A DNA stretch of 64,000 nt from an uncultured Chloroflexia bacterium (GCA_963746845.1 CAVVCZ010000004.1:896001-960000), one strand, 5' to 3'. Counted from the first letter of the stretch, positions 1-10,143 are shown. Notes: generated by a model from the letters alone, not told the origin. Numbers and translations are program-made.

Positions 1-155
1 AGGGGAACGTCGTCGTCGTACTCCCGGCCAGGCGCCGCTACCACGGCGAGGGCACACGTCGTCTACCCAGACGAGTTACGGCGCCAAGGGGATCGAGATA
101 AGTGGAAGTGCTGAACCGATCTATTCGACGCTCGGCGGTGTCGCGACGTCGCCGC

Positions 156-707
156 TCACTCGGCCGCTGCGGGTCTGAAGAGGGGCGGAAGCGTTCGATC
201 CGGAGCGACGGCCGGCGCCTCCGGTTGAGTCTTCTTTCCGGTGGTCGTGTTGGTGATCGGTCCGGTGCCCAAATAGCCGAAATCGGAGTTGGTCACGAAG
301 CAGATCGGGTTCGTCCAGATCTCACCGCCCGGAGCCGGCGAACCACCGCCTTGTTGCGGCACGTCGCCCTTGATCTGGATCACCCAAACGGGCCCAGGCT
401 CCACTGGGAGCGGCTCACGCCCGGTCAACGCAACGTAATGCGGCAAGTCGCTTGCGGCCGTCAGCTTTGCCATGCCGGCGACCTCGTTGAACGGGATGAA
501 CTCGCCGATGCGGCATGTCGCGAAGACGGCAGCAGCTTCGGCGTCGGGATGTGAGGCGGATACAGCTGCAAGGGCGGGAGCGCCGCTTTCGGGCGTTGCG
601 ACCAGCGCCAGCGATGCAACGGGCCGATTCGTCGGCGAGGTCGTCGAGTGCGGCGGCTCGGTGACAACCGTCCCAGCGGACACGCAACCAACAAGAGCGA
701 CGGGCAT
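156..707 (-). CDS. Hypothetical exported protein, possible lipoprotein; start uncertain
   Basis: C-terminal part of ORF 156..989 reads as a plausible protein (VALVGC lipobox-like, P/T-rich linker, globular domain); no family recognised; the true start may be frameshifted. Confidence 0.45.
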   Translation of the reverse strand: MPVALVGCVSAGTVVTEPPHSTTSPTNRPVASLALVATPESGAPALAAVSASHPDAEAAAVFATCRIGEFIPFNEVAGMAKLTAASDLPHYVALTGREPLPVEPGPVWVIQIKGDVPQQGGGSPAPGGEIWTNPICFVTNSDFGYLGTGPITNTTTGKKTQPEAPAVAPDRTLPPLFRPAAAE

Positions 708-1409
708 GGGGATGAGGCGGCAATGGATCGGGTGGTCGAAGATCGGTCGTAGCGCACGACGGAGCGGCGAAGCGGTCGGCACACGCAGATGGTCCGTCCG
801 GTTCCATGGGAGGCTCCGGGCATCGCATCGGCAATCGCTCAGCGTGCACAGCAACGCGGCGATGCATGCGTCCGTTCTCGGCTCCGCAAAGACAGGGAGC
901 GCGACCGCCGCCGTGGGGCCGCCCGAGACCGATACCGAACTGATGGCAGCCGAAGAGGATGTTTCGGTGAGAAGAATGCAGCGATTCAATCCGAGCTCGA
1001 GAAGTCGAGAAGTCGAGGATGTCCGACTCTGCGCAGGTCGATCGCATATCCGGTCGATCGACTAAAAATTTTTATATAATATTTATAAAAATATGCCATT
1101 TGTAGGCGAGCCGCGCCGTCGGGACGGATGTGCGACGACCTTCGGTGACGCTTCGCTATGCTTTCATCGGTCAGACCCTCGCACTCGGACCTCCTCGTGG
1201 AGCGCTGACGCTGTGCCTCCCTGAAAGGTTGCCCATTTCTCGCCTGGTGCGATCTCTCACAGGGATCGATTCCGGCCGGAAGCCGGGAAATCGCGCTGGA
1301 GGCCGCCGAATCGATCTCCCGTGGAGATCGATGGTGCGCGTACGGCGATCGATGAACCTGCGACTCGTGGGATCGATCTCCGTCAGAGATCACCCGCGCG
1401 GCGGACCCG

Positions 1410-2423
1410 TCAGGCGGACGGGATCTCCGTGAGCCAGTGCCGATACTCGGGCAGCCGGCCGCGCACCGCGTCGAAGTACCGGTCGCGCATCAGCTTCGCG
1501 ATCGGGCCGACCTCGCCCGACCCGATCGGGCGGTGGTCGATCTCGATGACCGGGGAGATCTGGACGCCCGTCCCGCACAGGAACATCTCGTCGGCGACGT
1601 ACAGCTCGGAACGGTCGATCGAGCGGATCTCGACCGGAATCTTCTCGTTCGCGAGCAGCTCGAGCATCGCCTTGCGGGTCACGCCCTCGAGCAGGTCGTC
1701 GTTGACCGGCGGGGTCAGCGCCACGCCGTCGCGGACGATGAACAGGTTGGCCGCCGAGGCCTCGTTGACGTGCCCGTCGGCCGTGAGGACGACCGCCTCG
1801 TCGTAGCCGTTCATCTCGGCCTCGGACTTCTGGAAGGCCATGTTCACGTAACCGCCGACGATCTTGCCCCGCGCGGGGAGTGCCTCGTCCGCGTTCCGCC
1901 GCCAGGTCGAGGTCATGACCCGGACGCCCGAATCGGTGTCGATGTAGTTCCCGAACGGGATCGCGATGATGTAGAGCTCGTTGTCCAGATGGTGGAGCCG
2001 GACGCCGATCGCCTTCGTCGACTTGTAGAACGACGGGCGGATGTAGACGTCCTCGTGGAAGCCGTTCCGGGCGACCGTCTCGACGATCAGCCGGGTCAGC
2101 TCGTCGACCGACGGCACGTTCTCCATCAGGAGGATCCGGCACGACTGGCGGATCCGCTCGACGTGCTCCCGGATCTTCAGCCCGTAGAGCTTGCCGTGCT
2201 CCGCGTTCCAGTAGCCCCGGATGCCCTCGAAGGTGGCCGTCCCGTACATGAACGCGTGGGTCATGATGCTGACCTTCGCGTCGCGCATCGGGACGAACTC
2301 GCCCTCGAAGTAGCAGATGACGCTGCCGAGGTCGCGTGGCGCGGGCGCCGCGGTGTGGGGGTCCGAGGCGGGCGCCGACGCGGTCGCTGCGCCTCGGGCC
2401 GGGCTCGACTTGTGGGTCAGCAT
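1410..2423 (-). CDS. ilvE: Branched-chain amino acid aminotransferase (class IV PLP)
   Basis: YGTATFEGIRGY, GYDEAVVL...VNEASAANLF, LLEGVTR, DEMFLCGT motifs; start placed at MLTHK. Confidence 0.95.
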   Translation of the reverse strand: MLTHKSSPARGAATASAPASDPHTAAPAPRDLGSVICYFEGEFVPMRDAKVSIMTHAFMYGTATFEGIRGYWNAEHGKLYGLKIREHVERIRQSCRILLMENVPSVDELTRLIVETVARNGFHEDVYIRPSFYKSTKAIGVRLHHLDNELYIIAIPFGNYIDTDSGVRVMTSTWRRNADEALPARGKIVGGYVNMAFQKSEAEMNGYDEAVVLTADGHVNEASAANLFIVRDGVALTPPVNDDLLEGVTRKAMLELLANEKIPVEIRSIDRSELYVADEMFLCGTGVQISPVIEIDHRPIGSGEVGPIAKLMRDRYFDAVRGRLPEYRHWLTEIPSA

Positions 2424-2564
2424 GCGGACGCTCCTGGGCGGATCTGCGGCATGCGGCGACGGGTCGCGTCGCGGCCTGCCGGTCGTGGTTCCGGGACGGT
2501 CGCCCGAGGATAACACGGGCCCTCGAGGCATCCCGCGACGCAGCCCGGACGGCCTCCGCGGTCC

Positions 2565-3617
2565 CTAGATCCAGCCGATCAGCGACGCCGCAACGATCCC
2601 GAGATAGACCAGGTAGAACGCCCCGCCGAGGAGGAGCCGCCGGCCGAACAGGTGACCGGAGCGCGCCATCGGGACGAAGATCACGGCCGTCGACAGGAAC
2701 GCGATCCCGGCCGACAGGAACGCGATCCGGCTGTCGTCGCTGATGTGCCAATGGTCGGCCGCGAACAGCAGCGCGACGACCGTCGGGATCGTCGACTGGA
2801 AGACCATCGCCCCGGTGATGTTGCCCATCGCGAGCGTGTCCTTGTTCAGGCGCACCCAGATCACCGAGTTGAACTTCTCCGGCAGCTCGGTGGCGATCGG
2901 CGCGATGACGAGCGCGAGGATCACGGGATCGACCCCGAGCGTCGTGGCGAGGTGGCCGACCGCGTCGACGAAGAAGAACGCGCCGGCGACGATCAGGCCG
3001 AGGGCGACGAGGACCTGCAGGTTCACGACGCGCAGCCGCGGCACCGCAGGATCCACGGCGCGTCCCGGCCGGTCGAGGCGGTGGAACCGGAGCGGTGCCA
3101 GGTCCTCCGCGTCGACGTCCGGATCGTCCTCGAAGTGGCCCTTGACGTACCACCCGTAGATGCCGATCAGGCCGGCCGCGACGACCCACTTCGGCCAGGC
3201 CGGCTCGAGCGGCAGGAGGGCGGCCGCGATCGCGATCGCGTAGGCGATCGCGAAGTACCGGGTGTCGTGAGCGAGGACCTTCGTGTCGACCGGCATGTCG
3301 TCGCCGCGCGGGCGGCTCCGGGCGACCATCAGCACCGCGACACCGGTCACGAACATCGCGAGGGTCGAGAGCATGAACGGCGCGCCGAGGATCGCCCCGA
3401 CGCCGATCCCGTGCGATGCGTCGGAGCCACCGCCGGTGAGGATCGCGATGATCGGGATCATCGTCTCGGGGAGCGCGGTCCCGACCGCGGCGAGGACCGA
3501 GCCGACCGCTCCCTCGGCCAGCTCGAGCTTGCGCCCGAACCACTCGATGCCGTTCGTGAACAGCTCGGCGCCGAGCAGGATGATGAAGAAGGCGATCACC
3601 AGGACGAGGAGGTCCAC
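2565..3617 (-). CDS. Sodium:calcium antiporter (CaCA/YrbG-like)
   Basis: Multi-TM protein with two alpha repeats GTALPE and ATELPE, plus GNITGA. Confidence 0.88.
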   Translation of the reverse strand: MDLLVLVIAFFIILLGAELFTNGIEWFGRKLELAEGAVGSVLAAVGTALPETMIPIIAILTGGGSDASHGIGVGAILGAPFMLSTLAMFVTGVAVLMVARSRPRGDDMPVDTKVLAHDTRYFAIAYAIAIAAALLPLEPAWPKWVVAAGLIGIYGWYVKGHFEDDPDVDAEDLAPLRFHRLDRPGRAVDPAVPRLRVVNLQVLVALGLIVAGAFFFVDAVGHLATTLGVDPVILALVIAPIATELPEKFNSVIWVRLNKDTLAMGNITGAMVFQSTIPTVVALLFAADHWHISDDSRIAFLSAGIAFLSTAVIFVPMARSGHLFGRRLLLGGAFYLVYLGIVAASLIGWI

Positions 3618-3618
3618 G

Positions 3619-4005
3619 TCAGCCCTCGAGGCCCGACGCCAGCACGACGCTCAACGTGATCACGACGAGGATCGCCGCGGCGACCACGGCCATCCGGCGC
3701 TCGCCGGACCGGAGATAACCGACGAGCGACGCCGCCACGCGGGCCGCCGGCGTCGCGACGACGACGATCAGGCCGAGCCAGAGGAAGCCGGTCGGCTGGA
3801 GAGCGACGATGTCGGCCGGGATCGCCCGGGGGTCGAACGGCGGCGCCCCGTCCAGCGGCCCGATTCCGTTCGCGAGCATCAGGGCGAACCCGATCCCGAG
3901 GAGGACGATCGAGGTGTACGTCCCGACCGTGAGGAGCCGCGCGATCGTGCGCTCGAGACCCGCGCCCGACGGGTCACCCGGGTCGCCGACGCCCGCCCGC
4001 GTCAC
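3619..4005 (-). CDS. DUF1634-like membrane protein
   Basis: LE..IARLL..G, GLIVVVATPAARV pattern; typical partner of TauE/SafE. Confidence 0.75.
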   Translation of the reverse strand: MTRAGVGDPGDPSGAGLERTIARLLTVGTYTSIVLLGIGFALMLANGIGPLDGAPPFDPRAIPADIVALQPTGFLWLGLIVVVATPAARVAASLVGYLRSGERRMAVVAAAILVVITLSVVLASGLEG

Positions 4006-4862
4006 GCGATCGCTCTCTGCAGCATCTGCCAGGCAGTGTAGAGCAGGATCACGACGAAGAGCCCGCGAAGGACCCGCAGGTCGATCCGATGGGCCACCCG
4101 CGACCCGACGCTCGCGCCGATGAACACGCCGATCGCAGTCGGGGCGGCGGCGTACGCGTCGAGGCCGCCGCGGATCAGGTAGATGATCGCGCTGGCCGAT
4201 GCGGTGATCCCGATCATCAGGTTGCTCGTCGCCGTCGCGACGCGAAGCGGCACGCCCATCACGACGTGCATGACCGGGACCTTGATCAGCCCGCCACCGA
4301 TTCCGAGGAGCGCGGATGCCACGCCGGCGCCGAGGCTGCCGAGGATCCCGGGGCCCATCCGGTGGACCCGGTAGCCGGGCCCCGAGAGTGTCTCGATGAA
4401 CGGGACCGGCGAGGCCGCCGCGAGCTGGGGCTCGGGGACCGGCTCCTCCGTCGGCTCGCCGTCGGGTTCGGGGTCGGGGTCGGGTTCGACGGATGTCGCC
4501 GGCTCCCGGCGACGAAGCATCGAGATCGCGACATAGACGAGGAGCACCGCGAAGAGCAGCTCGAGGGTGCGCTCGGGCAGGAGGAACGCGACGAGTCCCC
4601 CGACGAGCGCCCCGATCGCCGTGAACAGCTCCAGCGTCATCCCGAGCCGGAGGTTCGCGACGCGTCGCTCGAGATACACGCCGGCGGCGGCCCCGCTGGT
4701 CATGATCACGCAGACGAGGCTGACCCCGACCGCGGTGATCAGCGGCAGGCCGAAGGCGAGCGTCAGGAGCGGGACGATCAGGATCCCGCCGCCCAGCCCG
4801 AGCAGCGATCCGAACAGGCCCGCGGCGGCGCCACCCGCGAGCAGGAGCAGCCCGACGGCCAC
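4002..4862 (-). CDS. Sulfite exporter TauE/SafE family protein
   Basis: Duplicated GLGGG..IVP / GIGGG..KVP motifs, ATATSN. Confidence 0.9.
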   Translation of the reverse strand: MAVGLLLLAGGAAAGLFGSLLGLGGGILIVPLLTLAFGLPLITAVGVSLVCVIMTSGAAAGVYLERRVANLRLGMTLELFTAIGALVGGLVAFLLPERTLELLFAVLLVYVAISMLRRREPATSVEPDPDPEPDGEPTEEPVPEPQLAAASPVPFIETLSGPGYRVHRMGPGILGSLGAGVASALLGIGGGLIKVPVMHVVMGVPLRVATATSNLMIGITASASAIIYLIRGGLDAYAAAPTAIGVFIGASVGSRVAHRIDLRVLRGLFVVILLYTAWQMLQRAIA

Positions 4863-4927
4863 GTCAGCCCGGCCCGGCCGTGACCGGCATGGTCGCGGTC
4901 AGCGCGGGTCCGGCCGACCGACCGCGC

Positions 4928-5194
4928 CTAGGGGCGGAGGTGCTGTGGCGCGTACGGCAGGAGCGCGACGATCCGGGCCCGCTTGAGGGCCACGGCCAGC
5001 TCGCGCTGGTGCGCCGCGCAGGTGCCGGTCTTGCGGCGTGGCTCGATCTTCGCCCGCTCCGAGAGGTAGCGGCGGAGGCGGTTGACCTCCTTGTAGTCGA
5101 TCGAGACGGTCTTGTCGGCGCAGAACGCACAGACCTTCCGGCGGCGCCGGTCGCGGTAGTAATCGTCGCGCTTCTTCGAGCGGGTGGGCGGCAT
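4928..5194 (-). CDS. rpsR: 30S ribosomal protein S18 (Zn-binding C+ type)
   Basis: [31 protein letters not shown]. Confidence 0.98.
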   Translation of the reverse strand: MPPTRSKKRDDYYRDRRRRKVCAFCADKTVSIDYKEVNRLRRYLSERAKIEPRRKTGTCAAHQRELAVALKRARIVALLPYAPQHLRP

Positions 5195-5265
5195 TCGGGT
5201 TCTCCTGGAGGCGCGGCGGTCAGGCCGCGCACGGTCGTTCGGTCAGGGTTCGCGGCGGCAGGACG

Positions 5266-5751
5266 TCAGAACGGCAGGTCGTCCAGCTCGGTGTCGTCGA
5301 AGCCACCGCGCGGGGCGTCACCGCCGGCGCCGCCACCGCCGCCGGCGCCGGCCGGGGCACCGGCCGCGGTCCGGGCCGGGGTTGCGGCGGCGAACTCGCC
5401 GTCGCCATCCTCGCGGCCCTTGCGCTCGAGGGCGATCACGTTGTCGGCGGTGATCTCGAGCGACGTCCGGTGGGTGCCGTCCTTCGCGTCGTACTCACGG
5501 GTCCGGAAGCGACCCTCGACGAACACGCGGTTGCCCTTCCGGAACTCCTCTGCGGCGCGCTCGGCGCGGTCGCCCCAGATGGTGACGCGGAACCAGTCGG
5601 TGCCCTGGTCCGCCCACTCGCCGCTCTGCGGATCGCGGCCGCGATGCGTGACGGCCACGCTGAACTCCGTCACCTGGCGGCCGTTCGGGGTGTAGCGCAT
5701 CTCGGGATCCCGTCCCAGGTTCCCGATGATCATCACCTTGCTGAAGGCCAT
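5266..5751 (-). CDS. ssb: Single-stranded DNA-binding protein
   Basis: KVMIIGNLGRDPEMRYT OB fold, acidic DDLPF tail; rpsF-ssb-rpsR order. Confidence 0.98.
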   Translation of the reverse strand: MAFSKVMIIGNLGRDPEMRYTPNGRQVTEFSVAVTHRGRDPQSGEWADQGTDWFRVTIWGDRAERAAEEFRKGNRVFVEGRFRTREYDAKDGTHRTSLEITADNVIALERKGREDGDGEFAAATPARTAAGAPAGAGGGGGAGGDAPRGGFDDTELDDLPF

Positions 5752-5762
5752 CGTCGCGCTCC

Positions 5763-6206
5763 TCAGTCGATCGCGGCCGGTGCCGCTTCGGTCTCGGATT
5801 CGTCGATCCGCTCGGTGACGTCGTCCAGGTCCTCGTCCTCGTCGGACGCGGACGGCAGGTCGACGTCGTCGATGTCCTCGCCGCCCTCCTCGGAGCCGTC
5901 ATGACGGGCCGGACGTGCCGGTCGCTCGTCACGGGTCACGAGATGGCGGAGGACTTCCTCGGTGATCAGGAGCGTGCGCTCCATCTCGGCGATCGCGTCC
6001 GCCGGTGCCTCGAACAGGACGATGTGGTACGAGCCCTCGCGGTACCGGTCGATCTGATAGGCGAGCCGGCGGCGACCCCACGGGGCCACCTTCACGATCT
6101 GGCCGCCCGAGGCCACGATGCCGCGCGTGGTGCGGTCGATGACCGCCTGGGCCTTGTCGTCCGCGACGTCGGGACGCAAGACCAGCATGAGTTCATATCG
6201 GCGCAT
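5763..6206 (-). CDS. rpsF: 30S ribosomal protein S6 with long acidic tail
   Basis: MRRYELMLVLRP, WGRRRLAYQI; GGAG SD upstream of ATG 6206. Confidence 0.97.
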   Translation of the reverse strand: MRRYELMLVLRPDVADDKAQAVIDRTTRGIVASGGQIVKVAPWGRRRLAYQIDRYREGSYHIVLFEAPADAIAEMERTLLITEEVLRHLVTRDERPARPARHDGSEEGGEDIDDVDLPSASDEDEDLDDVTERIDESETEAAPAAID

Positions 6207-6282
6207 GCGCCAGGACACTCCTTCCAATGGGAAACGTCCCGCTGACGGCGGCAAGCCGGCGCGGAACCGAAAGGAAACAGGG
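6207..6282 (-). promoter_or_regulatory. Candidate S6:S18 ribosomal-protein leader RNA
   Basis: Downstream of a TACACT -10 box; UUCCUUUCGG can pair with UUGGAAGGAG (containing the SD), with an unpaired CCC just 5' of it and an inner GC hairpin. Confidence 0.55.
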
Positions 6283-6444
6283 TCCGAGTGTAGCACGGCG
6301 GCCTCCGCCAACCCCCGCCACGATCCGGCGACCGGGCCCGGACCCCGACCCCGTCCGCCCCGAACGCCGTTGTATCCTCACGGCGATCGGTCGCCGACCC
6401 GTCATCCGGACCACACGTCTCAAACCTGACCGCGCGGAGGCGCC

Positions 6445-7665
6445 GTGCCCGCCAGCACCATCCTCGTCATCGACGCCGATGCGGCGTCCGCCCAGCTGAT
6501 CGCGACAGCCCTGTCGGGCGTCGGCTACACCGTCACGCTGTCGCCGGATCCGACCGACGCGTTCCCGAAGATCTCCGAGCACCAGCTCGTGATCGTCGAC
6601 GTCATCGCCGGCGAGCGATCGGCCGTGGACGTCTGCCGCGAGATCCGGGCCACGCCCGGGATGGCGACGATCCCGATCCTGTGCGTGGGCCAGAGCGACG
6701 ATGTCGAGGAGCGGATCCGGTTCCTCGAGGCCGGCGCGGACGACGTCATGGCCCGGCCCTTCGACGCCCGCGAGCTCGAGGCGCGCGTGGAGGCCCTCCT
6801 CCTCCGCTTCCAGCGGTCGAAGGACCTCGGTGTCGCCGTCTCCACCGACGGCCTCACTGTCCTCAGGACCCGTCGCACCGTGGCCGTCCACAGCCCGAAG
6901 GGCGGGGCCGGGACGTCGACGGTGGCGACGAACATCGCGTTGGCCGCGGCGCAGCGGAAGCCGGATCGCGTCGTGATCGTCGACCTGGACCTCCAGTTCG
7001 GGCAGGTCGCGACGTACCTGAACGTCGAGCCGCGCCAGACCCTGGCGGACGTCGTACGCGAGGACGCGGCGACGCGTGAGCCGGAGCTGCTCCGGACCTA
7101 TGCGACCCGCCACGACAGCGGGCTGCACGTCCTCGCGGCGCCGACCGGTCCGGAGCTCGCCGATCTCGTCCAGCCCGAGCACGTCGACCGGATCCTGTCG
7201 ACCCTGCTCGACTCGTACGACCAGGTCGTCATCGACACCGGGTCGTGGCTGGATGAGCGGACGCTCGTCGCGTTCGAGCACGCCGAGAACGTGATCTTCG
7301 TCGTAAACCCGGAGATCTCGGGCCTCAAGGCGGTCAACGCGCTGATCGAGTACCTCAACGAGGCCGGCACGGTCGCGGCGAAGTCGATGTTCGTCCTGAA
7401 CAACATCTTCGGCCGCGAGATCGTTCGGCATCGCGACGTGGAGCAGGCCCTCGGCAGCCGGATCGAGGCCGAGCTGCCGTACGACCCGTTCCTCTATCTC
7501 AAGGCGGTCAACGCCGGGATCCCCATCGTCCTCGGCGCGCCGCGCTCGCTGCCCGCCGAGGCCCTCGTCGCCCTGTCCGTCGTGGCGTTCGGCGGAGAGA
7601 GCATCTCGATGGCCGCGCCCCAGCTCGAGAAGAAGACGGGCCGCTTCGCGTTCCGCCGTCACTGA
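6445..7665 (+). CDS. cpaE: Response-regulator receiver fused to CpaE/MinD-like ATPase (Tad/Flp pilus assembly)
   Basis: N-terminal REC (ILVID, GADDVMARPF), deviant Walker A SPKGGAGTST, VDLDLQFG, VIDT. Confidence 0.82.
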   Translation: MPASTILVIDADAASAQLIATALSGVGYTVTLSPDPTDAFPKISEHQLVIVDVIAGERSAVDVCREIRATPGMATIPILCVGQSDDVEERIRFLEAGADDVMARPFDARELEARVEALLLRFQRSKDLGVAVSTDGLTVLRTRRTVAVHSPKGGAGTSTVATNIALAAAQRKPDRVVIVDLDLQFGQVATYLNVEPRQTLADVVREDAATREPELLRTYATRHDSGLHVLAAPTGPELADLVQPEHVDRILSTLLDSYDQVVIDTGSWLDERTLVAFEHAENVIFVVNPEISGLKAVNALIEYLNEAGTVAAKSMFVLNNIFGREIVRHRDVEQALGSRIEAELPYDPFLYLKAVNAGIPIVLGAPRSLPAEALVALSVVAFGGESISMAAPQLEKKTGRFAFRRH

Positions 7666-7750
7666 CCCGGCCCGCCTTCGACGCGCTACAAGCCTCCTGG
7701 ATGTGGGGTGGCCCGCGCCGGCCGCGTCCCGGTCTGGTCGCGGCTGCCCC

Positions 7751-10099
7751 TCAGGCGGCCCGAGCGGCGGCGGGAGTCGCCTCCGGGTGCTCGTCACCGA
7801 GCGCCAGATAGAGCTCTTCCTCCTGGGCCATGTGGAGACGCAGGATCGCGTCGAGGCCGTAGAGCACGCGGCGCAGGTCCGTGAGGTCCTGGGGCCCCGG
7901 GCCTTCCTCGGGCACCTCCGCCACGAGGCGGTCCACCAGCCGGATCAGGTGGAAGATCTCGGTGTGGGTGCGATGGAGGGCGGCGGTCACGTCGTCGTTG
8001 CCGATGGCGCTCGCCAGGAGTGGGAAGACCTCCCGGTCTTCGGCCTCCTCGTGCCGGATGAGCGTCGTCAGGAGGAACGAGCGAATCCGCTGCATCTCGT
8101 CGCGGGCCACACCCGGCGGCACTGAGCCGAGCCCGTCGGCAAGCACGCGGATGCCCGCCATGGGCCGCGCGAGCTCACGGTGCTCGGCGCGAAGGCGAAC
8201 GCCGATCTCGGTCCAGCCCGGAATCTTCGGCGTCTTCTCCAGGCCACCTCCCAGCGCCCGCAGGGCGTTGATGATCACGATCACGTCGATGACCTCCTGG
8301 AGGAGCGCGCCGGCGACGGGCGGCAGGACACCCGTCATCGCGACGAGCATTGCGGCGATCGACAGGCCCATCCCGACAGCCACGCTCTGGAGGGCGATCG
8401 TCCGCGACCGGCTGGCGATCCGGATCGCCTCCGGCAAGCGGTCCAGCCGATCGACGGTGATGACGATGTCCGCCGCCTCGGAGCTGGCTGTGGCGCCCCG
8501 GGCACCCATGGCGACGCCGACATCTGCCGCCGCCAACGCCGGCGCGTCGTTGATCCCGTCGCCCACCATGACGAGGATGCCGTCCGCCTCCGCTCGCTCG
8601 TCCTTGACTGCGTCCACCTTGTCGGCCGGCGTGCGTTCCGCCAGGACCGCATCCACGCCGATCGCAGCGGCCACCATGTCCGCCACCCCGTAATGGTCCC
8701 CGGTCACCATGACCGTCCGGCGCACGCCCGCGCGGCGGAGCGAGCGGATGACCCTCGCCGTCTCGGGGCGAATCGGATCCTCGAGCACCAGTGCCCCGAC
8801 CATCACCCCGTCGACGGCCACGAACACGCTGGTGGCACCCTCGAGGCTCACGCGGCGTCGGACGTCCCGCGCCCAGCTGGGCAGGCCACTCCCTCCACTG
8901 GCGAAGTCGGGAGTGCCGGCCACCACCGCGCGGCCACCGACGCGGCCCGAAACGCCGGAGCCTGGGACCTCGACGACGTTGTCTGGAAGGACGAGCGCCA
9001 CGCCGCGCTCGCGGGCACCGCTGACGATCGAGGCTGCGAGGACGTGTGGCGACACCTGCTCGAGCGAGGCGGCGACGATCAGCACATCGTCCGCGGCCGC
9101 GCCGGGGGCGGTGACGACGTCGGTCAGCTGGGGGCGCCCGACGGTCAGGGTGCCGGTCTTGTCGAACAGCAGAACGCGGGCCCTGGAGATGGACTCCAGC
9201 GCGCCGCCGCCCTTCACGATGATCCCCCGGCGGGCCGCCCGGCTGATCCCGGCCACGATCGCGATCGGCACCGCGAGGAGCAGCGGGCACGGGGTCGCGA
9301 CGACGAGGACCGCCACCGCCCGCACGGGGTCCCCGGAGAGGATCCAGGCCAGCGCCGCCAGACCGAGCGCCAGGGGGACGAACAACAGGGCAAAGCGGTC
9401 GGCCAGACGGACGAACGGCGCCTTGGACGATTGCGCCTGCTCGACCAGACGCACGATGCCCGCGTAGGTGCTGCGCTCCGCGGTCGCTGTGGCCAACAGG
9501 TCGAACGGGGCGCCCGCGTTGACCGTCCCGGAGCTGACGGGATCGCCTGCCTCGCGCGTGGCGAGCCGCGATTCGCCGGTCAGCGCCGACTCATCGATGA
9601 CCGCCGGCACGCCCGTGACGGTGCCGTCCACCGGCACGACCTCGCCCGGCTTCACGAGGATCCGGTCGCCGACTTCAACGACCGCGATCGGGTGATCGAC
9701 GATCCCGCCGTTCTCGTGGCGGTGGACCGCCTGCGGGGCGCGTGAGATCAGCGCCGACAGCTCACGATGGGCCCGGCCGGCCGCGTAGCGCTCGAGCCAC
9801 TGTCCGGTCGCGAGCATGACCGCGATCACTGCGGCGGCGAGCGACTCATCGAGCACGAGGGCTCCGCCGATCGCCAGGACGGCGATGATGTCGACGCCGG
9901 CCTCATGCCTGATCAGGTCGGCGATGATCGACGCGACCAGCCAGATGCCGACGAGCAGGGCCGGGACGGTCCAGGCCCACCAAGCGAGGGAGTCGTTGCC
10001 GGCGACCGTCGCCACGATGCCGAGCACCAGCCCGCCGGCCGTGAGGGGGAGCATCGTGCGCTCCGCGAGCCTGCGGAGGGTCGTCAGGATTCGGGCCAT
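7751..10099 (-). CDS. Heavy-metal P-type ATPase, P1B-5 subclass, with C-terminal hemerythrin domain
   Basis: TGES, ATPCP, DKTGTLT, GDGINDAP, QEVID; C-terminal EH...HEEAED...H..H...HMAQEE. Confidence 0.9.
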   Translation of the reverse strand: MARILTTLRRLAERTMLPLTAGGLVLGIVATVAGNDSLAWWAWTVPALLVGIWLVASIIADLIRHEAGVDIIAVLAIGGALVLDESLAAAVIAVMLATGQWLERYAAGRAHRELSALISRAPQAVHRHENGGIVDHPIAVVEVGDRILVKPGEVVPVDGTVTGVPAVIDESALTGESRLATREAGDPVSSGTVNAGAPFDLLATATAERSTYAGIVRLVEQAQSSKAPFVRLADRFALLFVPLALGLAALAWILSGDPVRAVAVLVVATPCPLLLAVPIAIVAGISRAARRGIIVKGGGALESISRARVLLFDKTGTLTVGRPQLTDVVTAPGAAADDVLIVAASLEQVSPHVLAASIVSGARERGVALVLPDNVVEVPGSGVSGRVGGRAVVAGTPDFASGGSGLPSWARDVRRRVSLEGATSVFVAVDGVMVGALVLEDPIRPETARVIRSLRRAGVRRTVMVTGDHYGVADMVAAAIGVDAVLAERTPADKVDAVKDERAEADGILVMVGDGINDAPALAAADVGVAMGARGATASSEAADIVITVDRLDRLPEAIRIASRSRTIALQSVAVGMGLSIAAMLVAMTGVLPPVAGALLQEVIDVIVIINALRALGGGLEKTPKIPGWTEIGVRLRAEHRELARPMAGIRVLADGLGSVPPGVARDEMQRIRSFLLTTLIRHEEAEDREVFPLLASAIGNDDVTAALHRTHTEIFHLIRLVDRLVAEVPEEGPGPQDLTDLRRVLYGLDAILRLHMAQEEELYLALGDEHPEATPAAARAA

Positions 10100-10143
10100 A
10101 TGCCGATGCTATCGACGATCCACGGCCGTGCACCCTGCCGGTT

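Noticed and set aside
1063-1094. dif site or canonical oriC
   Set aside because: ATAA-TTAT spacing is 3 rather than 6, no XerD arm, no DnaA boxes or dnaA nearby; retained only as an unexplained element
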